Below are positions 1 to 9,144 of a DNA stretch of 64,000 bases, in pieces; positions within the stretch are counted from its first letter, which is position 1, and each line of letters opens with the position of its first letter. The position numbers were made by a program, and so were the translations under genes. This DNA is from an uncultured bacterium. Lineage in GTDB: Bacteria; Patescibacteriota; Minisyncoccia; UBA6257; GWB1-50-10. The notes under the pieces were generated by a model that searched no databases, had not been told where the DNA came from, and worked only from the letters and a program-made list of their open reading frames with translations. The stretch lies in contig OY970216.1 of NCBI GenBank assembly GCA_963713955.1, positions 209,934-273,933 of the forward strand, given 5' to 3'.

Positions 1-570
1 GTATCCGCCGAGTTCCACGTCGGCTTTGACCATCACGGAATCATACCCCTGGAGAATTGCGTAGAGGGATTCCAGGACCATGACGTCGCCGCCCGCATTG
101 ATGCGTTTCTCGAAATCTTCCCGTTTCATGATTTGGCTGATGCTTACCGCTTTGGTGATGGAAAGAAAGTTTTTCAAGCTTTTCCCGTGCCATTCGCTGT
201 TGTACCGGACCTCGGCCTTCTTGATGTCGATGACTTTTCCGGCCTGCTCGAGGTAGTGTTTCATGTTCGATTTTACTTCCTTTTCGGTAAGCGGTTTCCG
301 TTCGGCCGATTGCCCCGACGGGTCGCCGATTTGCGCCGTGAAATCGCCGATAATGAGAACCGCCTTATGTCCCAGTTCCTGGAATTCGCGAAGTTTCAAA
401 AGGGGAACGGTGTGTCCCAAATGGATATCCGGCTTCGTCGGATCGATGCCGAATTTCACGCGGAGTTTTCTGCCCGAGTTGAGTCTCTTGACGAGGCTTT
501 CCTTCTCGATGATTTCCTCAACCCCGCGATTCAAAACCCTTCGGATCAAATCATTTTTATCCTGTTCCAT
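1..570 (-). CDS. tyrS: Tyrosyl-tRNA synthetase, 5' part (runs off left edge)
   Basis: Not in the ORF track. Manual translation: MEQDKNDLIRRVLNRGVEEIIEKESLVKRLNSGRKLRVKFGIDPTKPDIHLGH...IIGDFTAQIGDPSG...LQGYDSVMVKADVELGG (HIGH-like HLGH; GDPSG). Confidence 0.96.
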   Translation of the reverse strand, partial: MEQDKNDLIRRVLNRGVEEIIEKESLVKRLNSGRKLRVKFGIDPTKPDIHLGHTVPLLKLREFQELGHKAVLIIGDFTAQIGDPSGQSAERKPLTEKEVKSNMKHYLEQAGKVIDIKKAEVRYNSEWHGKSLKNFLSITKAVSISQIMKREDFEKRINAGGDVMVLESLYAILQGYDSVMVKADVELGGY

Positions 571-670
571 TGCCTCAATTTTAGCAGAAAATTATCTCTA
601 TTGCATTTATTTGTCAAAGATAAGGTCTTGTTGCAATTTTGAAGACGATAGGTCATTCCTCAAAATATTT

Positions 671-704
671 AGAGCCGGGCGGTAAGCCGCTCGGCCCTTT
701 TTTT
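671..704. terminator. GC-rich hairpin with T-tract on + strand
   Basis: gagccgggcgg-taag-ccgctcggccc followed by a T run. Confidence 0.55.
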
Positions 705-766
705 CGCTAGCGAGATTTTCTATCTGTGAGCTAAATTCACTGAAGGGCGAATCCAGCTCTTGATCC

Positions 767-901
767 TTACTCGCCGTCGAGGACATCTTCGCCACCGCAG
801 CTACTCTGCGTCATGTGGAGATACGCCATGCGTTCTGATCCCAGTAGGACCAGCTCGCGGAGCTGAAACACGAGTGGCGTCAGCTCGGCTTGCTTATCCA
901 T
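767..901 (-). CDS. Putative graspetide (omega-ester RiPP) precursor, 44 aa
   Basis: MDKQAELTPLVFQLRELVLLGSERMAYLHMTQSSCGGEDVLDGE*; strong SD AAGAAAGGAG upstream; Thr/Ser followed by Asp/Glu at the C-terminus; ATP-grasp gene 1.7 kb away. Confidence 0.65.
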   Translation of the reverse strand: MDKQAELTPLVFQLRELVLLGSERMAYLHMTQSSCGGEDVLDGE

Positions 902-1066
902 CTTATTCACTCCTTTCTTTGGCAAGCTGCCATTCTTATTTTAGAACTCTTTTATCTTATTATCAATGGTATGTAAATCTGGGAGTCTATTAAACTCTCG
1001 AGCGGCGCGGAGGGTAGTCACACCGCAATTTATCTGTCGCGGTTGTGATATAATGAATGCGCTCAT

Positions 1067-2443
1067 ATGGAAAGGGATTATGTAAAAGCAATTAAATATG
1101 CGACCAAGATTCTTGATTCTTGGTTGCCCTGGAAAATCCAGTATGACTCTGTTCCGGGTCTTGCTGTTGGTATCATTTATAATGGGAGACTTGTCTACCA
1201 AGAAGGTTTTGGATATGCAGACGTTGAATCGAAAGTTTTAGTAACGCCGAAAACTTGTTTTCGGATCGCTTCACTTTCCAAGACCTTTACTGCGACTGCC
1301 GTTATGCAATTGGTTGAGGAAGGCAAGCTCAGTCTCGATGATCAAGTAGAAAAGTATCTTCCGTGGTTTAAAGTACGAGCCAGCGATTTCGATTCGGCCC
1401 ATATAACCATTCGTCAGATACTTTCTCATACGGGTGGCATATGGAGAGACGGCAACATACCACGTTGGAAGAGTGACGATTTCCCCGATCTTGCCGGATT
1501 GAAAAAATCGATTTCTCCGGAAACTCTTGTATTCGAAAACTCAACACGGTTTAAATACTCAAATTTTGGTTTCGCATTGCTTGGCGAAGTTATCAAGGAA
1601 GTTAGCGATCTCAATTATGGTGAGTATGTATCAAAGCATATAATCAAGAAAATTGGCATGGAGCGAACAATTCCCGATCTCAAAGGAGAGCATGAAGATT
1701 GGTTTGCCAAAGGGTATTCTTATCCCATACCAAAGAAGGAGCGCAAGGCAGTTCCTTATTCTGAGGTAAAGGCATACGCCCCGGCTATCGGCTTTATATC
1801 AAACGTTCCCGATCTCGCGAAATACCTCGCTGCCATGTCTTTAAGACGGAAGAAATCTAATGTTTTGGTGGGTAGAGAGTCAAAGAAGGAAATGATGAGA
1901 GAGCATTGGGCTACCGATGAGGAAAATATATCATATGGACTGGGATTCTATATCCAGGAAATTGAAGGGAGAAAAGTTGTGGGGCATGGAGGCGGTTTTA
2001 ATGGATTCACTGCCCGAATTTCTCTTGATGTGGAAAATGATATTGGAGTAATTACTCTCGCCAATACCAATGATGGTTCTTGCATTTCAATTAATACTGG
2101 AATTTTCGAAACCATATACGAATTCATTGACAGGAGTAATAAATACAGCCGAGGGAAGAAAATTATTAGTCAAGAGAAGTTCGAGGGAGTATATCGTTCG
2201 CAATGGGATGACGTAATCGTTGTCGGCATTGATACCGTCCTTATTACTTTCAGGCCGAGATCGAACTCGCCCGTGAAGAGCGGGACACTGCTAAAAAGCG
2301 TGGCGAAGAACAAATTTTTAATGGAGACGGGATTCAATTTTGATTCCCCCGGCGAAATTGCCCATTTTATTTTCGAGCACAGAGCGAAGCGAGCGACCAA
2401 CGTTGTGTTTGGGGTAAAACCGTACGGGCGGTTAGAGGAATGA
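1067..2443 (+). CDS. Serine hydrolase, class C beta-lactamase/PBP-like family
   Basis: FRIASLSK (SxxK), YSN and HGG motifs; extra C-terminal domain; no obvious signal peptide. Confidence 0.9.
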   Translation: MERDYVKAIKYATKILDSWLPWKIQYDSVPGLAVGIIYNGRLVYQEGFGYADVESKVLVTPKTCFRIASLSKTFTATAVMQLVEEGKLSLDDQVEKYLPWFKVRASDFDSAHITIRQILSHTGGIWRDGNIPRWKSDDFPDLAGLKKSISPETLVFENSTRFKYSNFGFALLGEVIKEVSDLNYGEYVSKHIIKKIGMERTIPDLKGEHEDWFAKGYSYPIPKKERKAVPYSEVKAYAPAIGFISNVPDLAKYLAAMSLRRKKSNVLVGRESKKEMMREHWATDEENISYGLGFYIQEIEGRKVVGHGGGFNGFTARISLDVENDIGVITLANTNDGSCISINTGIFETIYEFIDRSNKYSRGKKIISQEKFEGVYRSQWDDVIVVGIDTVLITFRPRSNSPVKSGTLLKSVAKNKFLMETGFNFDSPGEIAHFIFEHRAKRATNVVFGVKPYGRLEE

Positions 2444-2606
2444 GAGGTGAGAAATTTTGTGGGGCACGAGTATTCCATCGGGGTTGAATTCACCCCCGAG
2501 ACACTTTGACAATAAATTAAACAAGTGTTTTAATTGTTATTAGCATAAACAGGAACTATTTTGTTCTAGAAAAATCTTGAAATCATTAATATAAGGAGGA
2601 TTGAAA

Positions 2607-3593
2607 ATGAGTGAAAAGCCAGAATCCCGTCTGCTTGTGATTACGAGAGCGAAGGATGTGACAGCAGATCACGTGCTCCATCGGATGGCCGACCGAAACA
2701 TTTCTTACCTTCGTCTGAATGCCGAAAACTTCGAAGAAGCTGAGATTGCCTTGCAATTTCCGAATGTCCACGATTCTGTTCTTTCTATTGACCGTACGCG
2801 CGTTGCCATTGGTGAAATACAAGGGGTGTGGTTGCGGCGCCTCGTCAAACCAAAGGCATCCCAGATCCCCGAGTCGGAAGCAGAGGCACGGGTTTTTGCC
2901 GAGTCCGAGCTGGATTTCACGCTCCGTTGGTTTATCGACTTACTCAGCAACTATTGCCTCATTCTCGACGGCGAAGCAAATGTCTTGGAGGGACGGAATA
3001 AATTTGATCAGCTGGCCATCGCGGAAACGTTCGGTTTCCGTATTCCAGTAACCCTCGTTACTAATGACCCGGTGGTTGCAAAAGATTTTGTTGAACGACA
3101 TAAGACGGTTGCAATCAAGAGTGTTGCTGGATACGGACATCAAGTCGATGGTGGTTTTTATACGGTTTATACGAATATCGTTACGAAAGATGTCCTTGAT
3201 CGATTTGAATCTATCCGCGCGGCTCCGGTTTGCCTCCAAGAATATATCGAAAAGGCATTTGAGTTACGGATCACTGTGGTAGGGCAACAGGTGTTTAGTT
3301 GCCGAATTGATTCTCAAAGCACGGAACGGACGCAAACGGATTGGCGCCGACGTGATCGTGCAACACCCTATTCGGTATACGGCACCGATCATGAGTTAAG
3401 TGATCAACTCATTGCGATGATGAAGCACTACAGCGTCCGTTTTGCTTCGTTTGATCTGATCGTAACCCCAGATGGACAGACTATTTTTTTGGAGATGAAT
3501 CCGGCTACCCAATTTCTATGGATTGAGGAATTAACTGGAATGCCGATTACCGATGCTATTATTGACGAACTTCTCGTCCAATGTCGAGAATAG
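2607..3593 (+). CDS. ATP-grasp ribosomal peptide maturase (MvdC/MvdD-like)
   Basis: LVIT..DVTAD, VWLRR, NKFDQL, IPVTLVTNDP, QEYIEKAFELRITVVG, DWRR, FDLIVTPDG..FLEMNP; SD AAGGAGG before ATG 2607. Confidence 0.9.
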   Translation: MSEKPESRLLVITRAKDVTADHVLHRMADRNISYLRLNAENFEEAEIALQFPNVHDSVLSIDRTRVAIGEIQGVWLRRLVKPKASQIPESEAEARVFAESELDFTLRWFIDLLSNYCLILDGEANVLEGRNKFDQLAIAETFGFRIPVTLVTNDPVVAKDFVERHKTVAIKSVAGYGHQVDGGFYTVYTNIVTKDVLDRFESIRAAPVCLQEYIEKAFELRITVVGQQVFSCRIDSQSTERTQTDWRRRDRATPYSVYGTDHELSDQLIAMMKHYSVRFASFDLIVTPDGQTIFLEMNPATQFLWIEELTGMPITDAIIDELLVQCRE

Positions 3594-3669
3594 CGAATTT
3601 CAGCGATGAGTCGAGAATGAGTGCTGGACAATCCCAAAGGATAAGAAAAAAGAAAGGAGATGGATCACA

Positions 3670-3876
3670 GTGGTTATGATGTTTGGATCCCTAGAAAGAG
3701 TCATATCCATTATCGAAGGTAGGAACGGAGACGTGGATATTCTGACCCAAAGAGAGAAATCCGAGGAGTCCGATTCGGAAATCTTCGATGCCATATTGCG
3801 GGAGGCAGAGAGTTCTTCACAAAAGAACTCTGCGAGCCGCTATGGCGATGGACCTGGCCTGCCATGTTGCGGATAA
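3670..3876 (+). CDS. Small Ser/Glu/Asp-rich protein ending in PCCG; possible second RiPP substrate
   Basis: SD AAGAAAGGAG upstream of GTG; directly downstream of the ATP-grasp gene; followed by a terminator. Confidence 0.5.
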   Translation: MVMMFGSLERVISIIEGRNGDVDILTQREKSEESDSEIFDAILREAESSSQKNSASRYGDGPGLPCCG

Positions 3877-3885
3877 ACTACTTGG

Positions 3886-3925
3886 AGTCGACGAGGGGAA
3901 CCCCCACGTCGACTCTTTTATTTTT
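3886..3925. terminator. Hairpin terminator between convergent genes
   Basis: gagtcgacg.gggg-aa-cccc.cgtcgactc followed by T-rich tract. Confidence 0.7.
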
Positions 3926-4502
3926 TCGTCCGTATGATTTCGTCTATGAGGCCGTATTCCTTGGCTTCTTGGGGCGTAAGATAAAAATCCCGATCGGTGT
4001 CGCGCTCTATCTTGTCTATTCTTTGTCCGGTGTGTTTAGCCAAAACCTGGTTTATTTTCTCCTTTATCTTGATGATGTGCTTGGCCGTTATCTCGATTTC
4101 AATTGCTTGGCCTTCCGCGCCGCCCATAACCTGGTGGAGAAGTATCTCGGAATTGGGGAGTGCGAATCTTTTGCCTTTCTGACCGGCGCTTAGGAGCACT
4201 GCCCCCATCGAGGCAGCCATCCCGATGCAGATTGTGGATACCGGGGCCTTGACATGCTGCATCGTGTCGTAGATTGCGAGTCCCGCCGTGACCGATCCGC
4301 CGGGAGTGTTCAAATAGAGCTTGATGTCTTTTTTGGAATCCTCGTGATCCAGAAAAAGGAGCTGGGCGATTACGCTGTTCGCGACGTCGTCCATGATGGG
4401 GCCGCCGAGGAAGACGATCCGCTCCATGAGGAGGCGGGAGTAGATATCGTAGGCCCGTTCGCCGTACGACGATTTTTCAATGACGGTTGGTATGAGATTC
4501 AT
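3918..4502 (-). CDS. clpP: ATP-dependent Clp protease proteolytic subunit
   Basis: [34 protein letters not shown] motifs. Confidence 0.98.
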   Translation of the reverse strand: MNLIPTVIEKSSYGERAYDIYSRLLMERIVFLGGPIMDDVANSVIAQLLFLDHEDSKKDIKLYLNTPGGSVTAGLAIYDTMQHVKAPVSTICIGMAASMGAVLLSAGQKGKRFALPNSEILLHQVMGGAEGQAIEIEITAKHIIKIKEKINQVLAKHTGQRIDKIERDTDRDFYLTPQEAKEYGLIDEIIRTKK

Positions 4503-4579
4503 CCCGTTAGAAATTTAAAAATTTATTGCGACTGCAAAATTCAGGCCCCGCCGATAACCAAAGTGGATTTCTAGCGGGA
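4502..4579. mobile_element. MITE-like element, TIR TCCCGTTAGAAAT/ATTTCTAGCGGGA, 4-bp TTCA duplication
   Basis: Inverted termini; TTCA at 4498-4501 and 4580-4583; sits at the clpP start codon. Confidence 0.7.
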
Positions 4580-4589
4580 TTCATACGGA

Positions 4590-5090
4590 TTAGTATACAG
4601 AAAGAGTAATCTGCTTTGCAACAAAGCTGCCGGACGTCCTGATGTTTGAATCAGTGGTGATTACAACGACGTCGCCGCTCTTGAGGTCGGAAACGCTGAG
4701 GGAAGATTGAAGGGGCATTCCGGATTTATTCATTTTCGAATAATCCAATTTCACTATTTTCGTATTTTGATCGATAACTACCGTTTTCGCGACTTGCTTC
4801 TTGGGAGAGTTATCAAGGTGTGGAAGGTAGTCGCTTGGATCGTCCATCGAAATCGTAAGGTTGTTGCCCTGTATGCTTGTTATTTTGGTTCTCACTTGTG
4901 TAAGTACTGCCGGCGGCTCTGGAAAAGCCGCGTTTACTATCGGCTGGTATTTGGCTTCCGTCGCCGACGTGCCAGCCTGCTTGCCGTTCTCATTTCCGAT
5001 CCAGAATCCTATCAGAAATACGGCAACCGCTACCACGATACTCCCGACCGTTAAGATCGCTATTTTGTTTTTTGATTGTATTGGTTCCAT
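4590..5090 (-). CDS. Membrane-anchored hypothetical protein (DUF5666-like beta domain)
   Basis: N-terminal TM helix; ITSIQGNNLTI...TKIVK...SDLKSGDVV pattern. Confidence 0.7.
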   Translation of the reverse strand: MEPIQSKNKIAILTVGSIVVAVAVFLIGFWIGNENGKQAGTSATEAKYQPIVNAAFPEPPAVLTQVRTKITSIQGNNLTISMDDPSDYLPHLDNSPKKQVAKTVVIDQNTKIVKLDYSKMNKSGMPLQSSLSVSDLKSGDVVVITTDSNIRTSGSFVAKQITLSVY

Positions 5091-5134
5091 ACCCTCTATT
5101 ATAGCACACGTATACCAAGAAAGTCTTCCAGTTT

Positions 5135-5202
5135 TCCCCTTAGAGGTGGTCCCGCCTCAAGGCCTTTTGAGCGCGCACGCGCGGGCGTGGTCTCTAACGG
5201 GG
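5135..5202. repeat. Second member of the CCCGTTAGA...TCTAACGGGG palindromic family
   Basis: tccccttagag...ctctaacgggg termini; no clear target duplication. Confidence 0.55.
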
Positions 5203-5241
5203 TGAATGTGCTATAATCTTTATGAGCTAAGAAAGTTTGCC

Positions 5242-6291
5242 ATGAAGAAACTATTTTCAAACCCGCTTTTCCATCTGGCTATTATCCTCTTTGTGGTTTT
5301 GGGATTGGAGGGGTACTTGATGGTTCATGCGCAATATATGCCGCCGGCAAACCAGCCGCCGTTTGATAGTTCTTATCCGCCACTTGATACGGGTTCTTCT
5401 CTACAGACCAAGTCAGGAAGCTTGGTGGTAGGCAATTCGTCTCAGGCGTTGCGGTTGCAATTGTCGCCAGCGGGCATTCAATGGGTTGACAGTAACGGCA
5501 ATGTAAGTAGTTCTATGACTTATGACATTAATCTGCAGGGCATAAGGGTAACTGCTGGGGGTTACTCTTCGGTCTTGGGGTATAATTGGCAATCATCCAA
5601 CGGCGGAGCTCTCATTTCCAATGGACCTCTTGTCGTTGGTGCGTCTAATCCTAATTCAGTGTCCAGTTTGAGCAGTGGTAATTTGGTAATCCCTGATTTA
5701 TCTGTCGTTGGTCCGGATGGGTCAAGTAGTTTGAATTTTTACGCGAACCCGCTGGGAAATGAAAACAGGCAAGGCTTGGGGCCGGTTATTTTGTCAGGGG
5801 GGTATTTTTCGACAAATTCTATGCTCGCCAAAAACGGCAATACTGCCGTTACGGGTCCAGAGTCGGGCATATTTGTCAACCCGGCCGGTGGTTTTATTGC
5901 CCTGGGAACCAGTATAGGTAGCACAAAGGATAGTTCTTTCAGCAACAGCTCTCTGTATTTTGCTGGACCAGTGTTAAAAATCTATGCGAACGGAGATGTG
6001 GATGCTCTGCAGGGTTCAGTCGAGTATGCAAGACCACCGGACTCAGCCAATGCGAGTGTTTTCTCAAAAATTGTGGCCGGTGGCGTCTCCGCCAACAGCC
6101 AGTTAATGACGCAATTATATAACAATACGTCCACTTATAATAATGACGTCCAGATTGTTGATCAGTCGGGAAGCATGGTCGAAAACTGCCCCGATGGATA
6201 CTTTGTGAGCGGTGTTGCATTTGGTCACGGTAAAAATGATACCAAGGAGGCGATAATGCTAATGTGCGCGCGTATGTTCCCATCGTTTTAA
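5242..6291 (+). CDS. Secreted fibre/adhesin-like protein 1
   Basis: Signal/TM; PLDTGSSLQTKSGSL motif; C-terminal CPDGYFVSGV...MC. Confidence 0.75.
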   Translation: MKKLFSNPLFHLAIILFVVLGLEGYLMVHAQYMPPANQPPFDSSYPPLDTGSSLQTKSGSLVVGNSSQALRLQLSPAGIQWVDSNGNVSSSMTYDINLQGIRVTAGGYSSVLGYNWQSSNGGALISNGPLVVGASNPNSVSSLSSGNLVIPDLSVVGPDGSSSLNFYANPLGNENRQGLGPVILSGGYFSTNSMLAKNGNTAVTGPESGIFVNPAGGFIALGTSIGSTKDSSFSNSSLYFAGPVLKIYANGDVDALQGSVEYARPPDSANASVFSKIVAGGVSANSQLMTQLYNNTSTYNNDVQIVDQSGSMVENCPDGYFVSGVAFGHGKNDTKEAIMLMCARMFPSF

Positions 6292-6294
6292 GTT

Positions 6295-7791
6295 ATGAAA
6301 AATTATCTGCCAATATTTTTGTTCGTCATCCTGATGTCAATCGCGTTCGCCTTTATCGCGCAAGCGATCAATGTTCCGCTTGATACCTCTTCAGCACCGC
6401 AGTCCAAGGCTGGTTCTCTACATTTTACTTCTTCCAGTATGGATTCCTATATCGGTGATCTCACAGGAGGTGATGTGTTGGGATTTGGCAATGGCGGTTC
6501 TTACGCGACTCTGAGACTCTCCAATGGAGTGTTTAGTGTTTTTTCACCTGCCCTGAATCAAAACTCTGAGGTGCCATTGTGGTTTGCCACGACAACCGGA
6601 ATTTATACGCCCCAAAACCTGTTTGTCACCACGAGTTCACTCGTTGGCAGCATCCCGGCGGATGCCAGTTCTTTAGAGATTTTGGGATTCACCCCGCTGC
6701 CTCCCGATAGTGGTAGCTACTGCGGTAACCAGTCGTACGGCGACAGATTGTTCGGCTGTTCTTCCACGACGCCGAACGTAGGTCTTTATGGTAGCTCATC
6801 GTGGGGTGAGGGAGCGATACTCTTTAATTTGTTTGCGAGTTCAACGGACGGATATGCAGCTAATTGGCCGGTGTCACCGGTAAATGGTAATCAGTCTTCG
6901 TTTGGGATCCTATTTGGTAATGCGTTGGGCAACGGTTTGTCGATAAACGCGTCGGCGCCATTAACCCAGGCTCAAAAAGATAATCAGAAAACTATCAGGG
7001 ATGTCTGGCGTGCAGGGCTTATGCTTGGTTTTGACGGAAGTGCTGTTTTAGGTGCACCTCCGTCCAGCGCAGAATATGCTTTTGAGATAATAACGAATAA
7101 AACCTGCGATGTCGGCAGCGGATGTACCGGGTTTGTAAAGATTGCCTCGAGTTCAGAAGACTTCTTCCGGTATGGTACTTCTGTGACTGCTGGCTATCCG
7201 GCGTACTTCGGCGCAAGAGAAAACTATGCCAGCGGAACGATCGGCTATTGTGATGACTGTACGACAAGCAATTTGAAACCGGAATATAGGTACAAGCGAA
7301 TAATGCAGCCAGCTGATACTACCGTTCGCGCACTCGACGTAGATTTGCTGAATCCATCGTGGAGTAACTGGTGGACCAGTTCGGCGGATCAGGATTGGTT
7401 AAATACTTTAAATCAGTTGGGACAAGGTATCACATGTGCGGGTACTAATAGCAAAGCGGTAAGTCAAAACGGGGCAGGCGGCATTATATTCTGGCCGACG
7501 GGGAGCGTCATTTGTAATTATGCGGGCGGTGGAGCATCGGCGCAGAGGATTTTTGAAACAAGTAATACGAGCTCTCATTACCTTGAGCCAGACTGGACTG
7601 ATTATAATCATATGACAACGAATTCAAGTCCAACATTTTTCACGAATACGTGGGCAACATGCCCACCAGGCTATTTTGTAAAAGGTATCAAGTATGGTAA
7701 ACGCACGTTGGCAACAAAGGGAGGAAGTCTCTTGGGAGAGAATTATTACGACGGTATAGTCCCATCAATAATGTGCGACAGATTGTGGTAG
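6295..7791 (+). CDS. Secreted fibre/adhesin-like protein 2
   Basis: Signal peptide; PLDTSSAPQSKAGSL; C-terminal CPPGYFVKGI...MC. Confidence 0.75.
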   Translation: MKNYLPIFLFVILMSIAFAFIAQAINVPLDTSSAPQSKAGSLHFTSSSMDSYIGDLTGGDVLGFGNGGSYATLRLSNGVFSVFSPALNQNSEVPLWFATTTGIYTPQNLFVTTSSLVGSIPADASSLEILGFTPLPPDSGSYCGNQSYGDRLFGCSSTTPNVGLYGSSSWGEGAILFNLFASSTDGYAANWPVSPVNGNQSSFGILFGNALGNGLSINASAPLTQAQKDNQKTIRDVWRAGLMLGFDGSAVLGAPPSSAEYAFEIITNKTCDVGSGCTGFVKIASSSEDFFRYGTSVTAGYPAYFGARENYASGTIGYCDDCTTSNLKPEYRYKRIMQPADTTVRALDVDLLNPSWSNWWTSSADQDWLNTLNQLGQGITCAGTNSKAVSQNGAGGIIFWPTGSVICNYAGGGASAQRIFETSNTSSHYLEPDWTDYNHMTTNSSPTFFTNTWATCPPGYFVKGIKYGKRTLATKGGSLLGENYYDGIVPSIMCDRLW

Positions 7792-7809
7792 ACAAAAATA
7801 GCAAAAATT

Positions 7810-9138
7810 ATGAATACAAATAAAATCCTAACAATTTTCGCATCAGTTCTGCTAGTTGCCGTGCTTTTTACCTGGAGAGCTATGGCCTACAATGAGCCAA
7901 GCTATCCCGCACCAGGCGGATCGGTAAATTCGGCGATAGACACCGGCCCCTATGCCCAGAGTAAAAGCGGTCGGCTCGACATTAACATAAACGGGGGTGA
8001 TCTTGTTTTGTCTACGTCATCCATGCCCCAGATCCAGTTCAGCGACAGCGGAGGGGAGGGCATTTTAGAAATGGCCCAAATACCCAATGTTGGTTATGTT
8101 CCTTCGCTTCAATGGAGTACCAATCCGCCGGTGGCTTTAGCGGGTGAGTGGTATGTAACGTCGACTCAAGGTGGTACTATCTTCTCCTACTCACCTTATA
8201 ATGTTGGTATATCAATCCCGCCTTTTACTAGTGGTCCTTCTCAAAGCGCTCTCGGTGAGCTGGTGATGGGAGATGGGAGCAATGCTGGGCTGGTTCTCAA
8301 TGCGGGAAACGGTGGAAACTACATAACATACGGCGCTCATTATGATAATTCGTCAGCGAGTTTAGGTTGGATAGCTAACTCTTCTTCGGGAAATTATCAT
8401 CCGATGCAGATTTATTTCTCGGGAGACGGCAATCAGCTGGCCTTGAGAGTCGGAGATTCCCAACCTGATACCAGTGTACTATGGAAGAGTTCGCTGGCTA
8501 TTGATTCTTCGAATTCTACTATAACATTCAGTGATAGGTATGCAGGTACTGTCATGGGCCCTCATTTTGAATATATGCCGCAAAGCATTCCGTCCGGAGC
8601 GACCGCGACAGATTATACCCAGCAGTTCCTGAGTAGTAATCCTAACGTTAAATCTTATACCGATATATCGGGAAATAGATGTATGGCCTATACGGAGAAC
8701 TTTCCCACTATTATCTCTTCGCCTCCGTCTAACTTGTGCAATGCTTCTGACTTTGGGAAGGATATATATGCCTATCTCAACCATGCTCAGTATGATGAGA
8801 ACGATAACCTCACCTGTGGTCTCACGGCTTACTACCGGTGTGTCGCCGATCAACAGGATCCTCGGAATAACACTTCGAAACTTTACGTCGGTGTTTTGGA
8901 GTTGAAAGACCAAAAATGGAGCGGCACAGTGGAAGCGAGTACGACTATAAGTGGCGATGCGCTCGAATTGAAACTCGGCAATTCATATTACGATTCCTGG
9001 GTCATGTGTCCAAACGGCTATTTCTTGAGTGGAATACACACCTCTGTCTTAAGTAAATCAGGACAATCAACGAGTTACAATATAGTCAACGATGGAAAGA
9101 ATGTAAATGATGCTTACATAGAATGCAGCAAATTATAG
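7810..9138 (+). CDS. Secreted fibre/adhesin-like protein 3
   Basis: Signal peptide; AIDTGPYAQSKSGRL; C-terminal CPNGYFLSGI...EC. Confidence 0.75.
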   Translation: MNTNKILTIFASVLLVAVLFTWRAMAYNEPSYPAPGGSVNSAIDTGPYAQSKSGRLDININGGDLVLSTSSMPQIQFSDSGGEGILEMAQIPNVGYVPSLQWSTNPPVALAGEWYVTSTQGGTIFSYSPYNVGISIPPFTSGPSQSALGELVMGDGSNAGLVLNAGNGGNYITYGAHYDNSSASLGWIANSSSGNYHPMQIYFSGDGNQLALRVGDSQPDTSVLWKSSLAIDSSNSTITFSDRYAGTVMGPHFEYMPQSIPSGATATDYTQQFLSSNPNVKSYTDISGNRCMAYTENFPTIISSPPSNLCNASDFGKDIYAYLNHAQYDENDNLTCGLTAYYRCVADQQDPRNNTSKLYVGVLELKDQKWSGTVEASTTISGDALELKLGNSYYDSWVMCPNGYFLSGIHTSVLSKSGQSTSYNIVNDGKNVNDAYIECSKL

Positions 9139-9144
9139 ATTTTT

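Noticed and set aside
571-766. T-box riboswitch upstream of tyrS
   Set aside because: No T-box consensus seen, a -10-like box sits just before the ATG, and the hairpin T-tract is on the opposite strand.
133-795. ORF-track ORFs 133-642, 263-685 and 607-795
   Set aside because: Antisense shadows of tyrS or alternative frames; tyrS and the SD-led 767-901 ORF explain the region better.
5242-9138. Shufflon or diversity-generating retroelement acting on the adhesins
   Set aside because: No recombinase or reverse transcriptase, no sfx-like repeats and no template/variable repeat pair seen.
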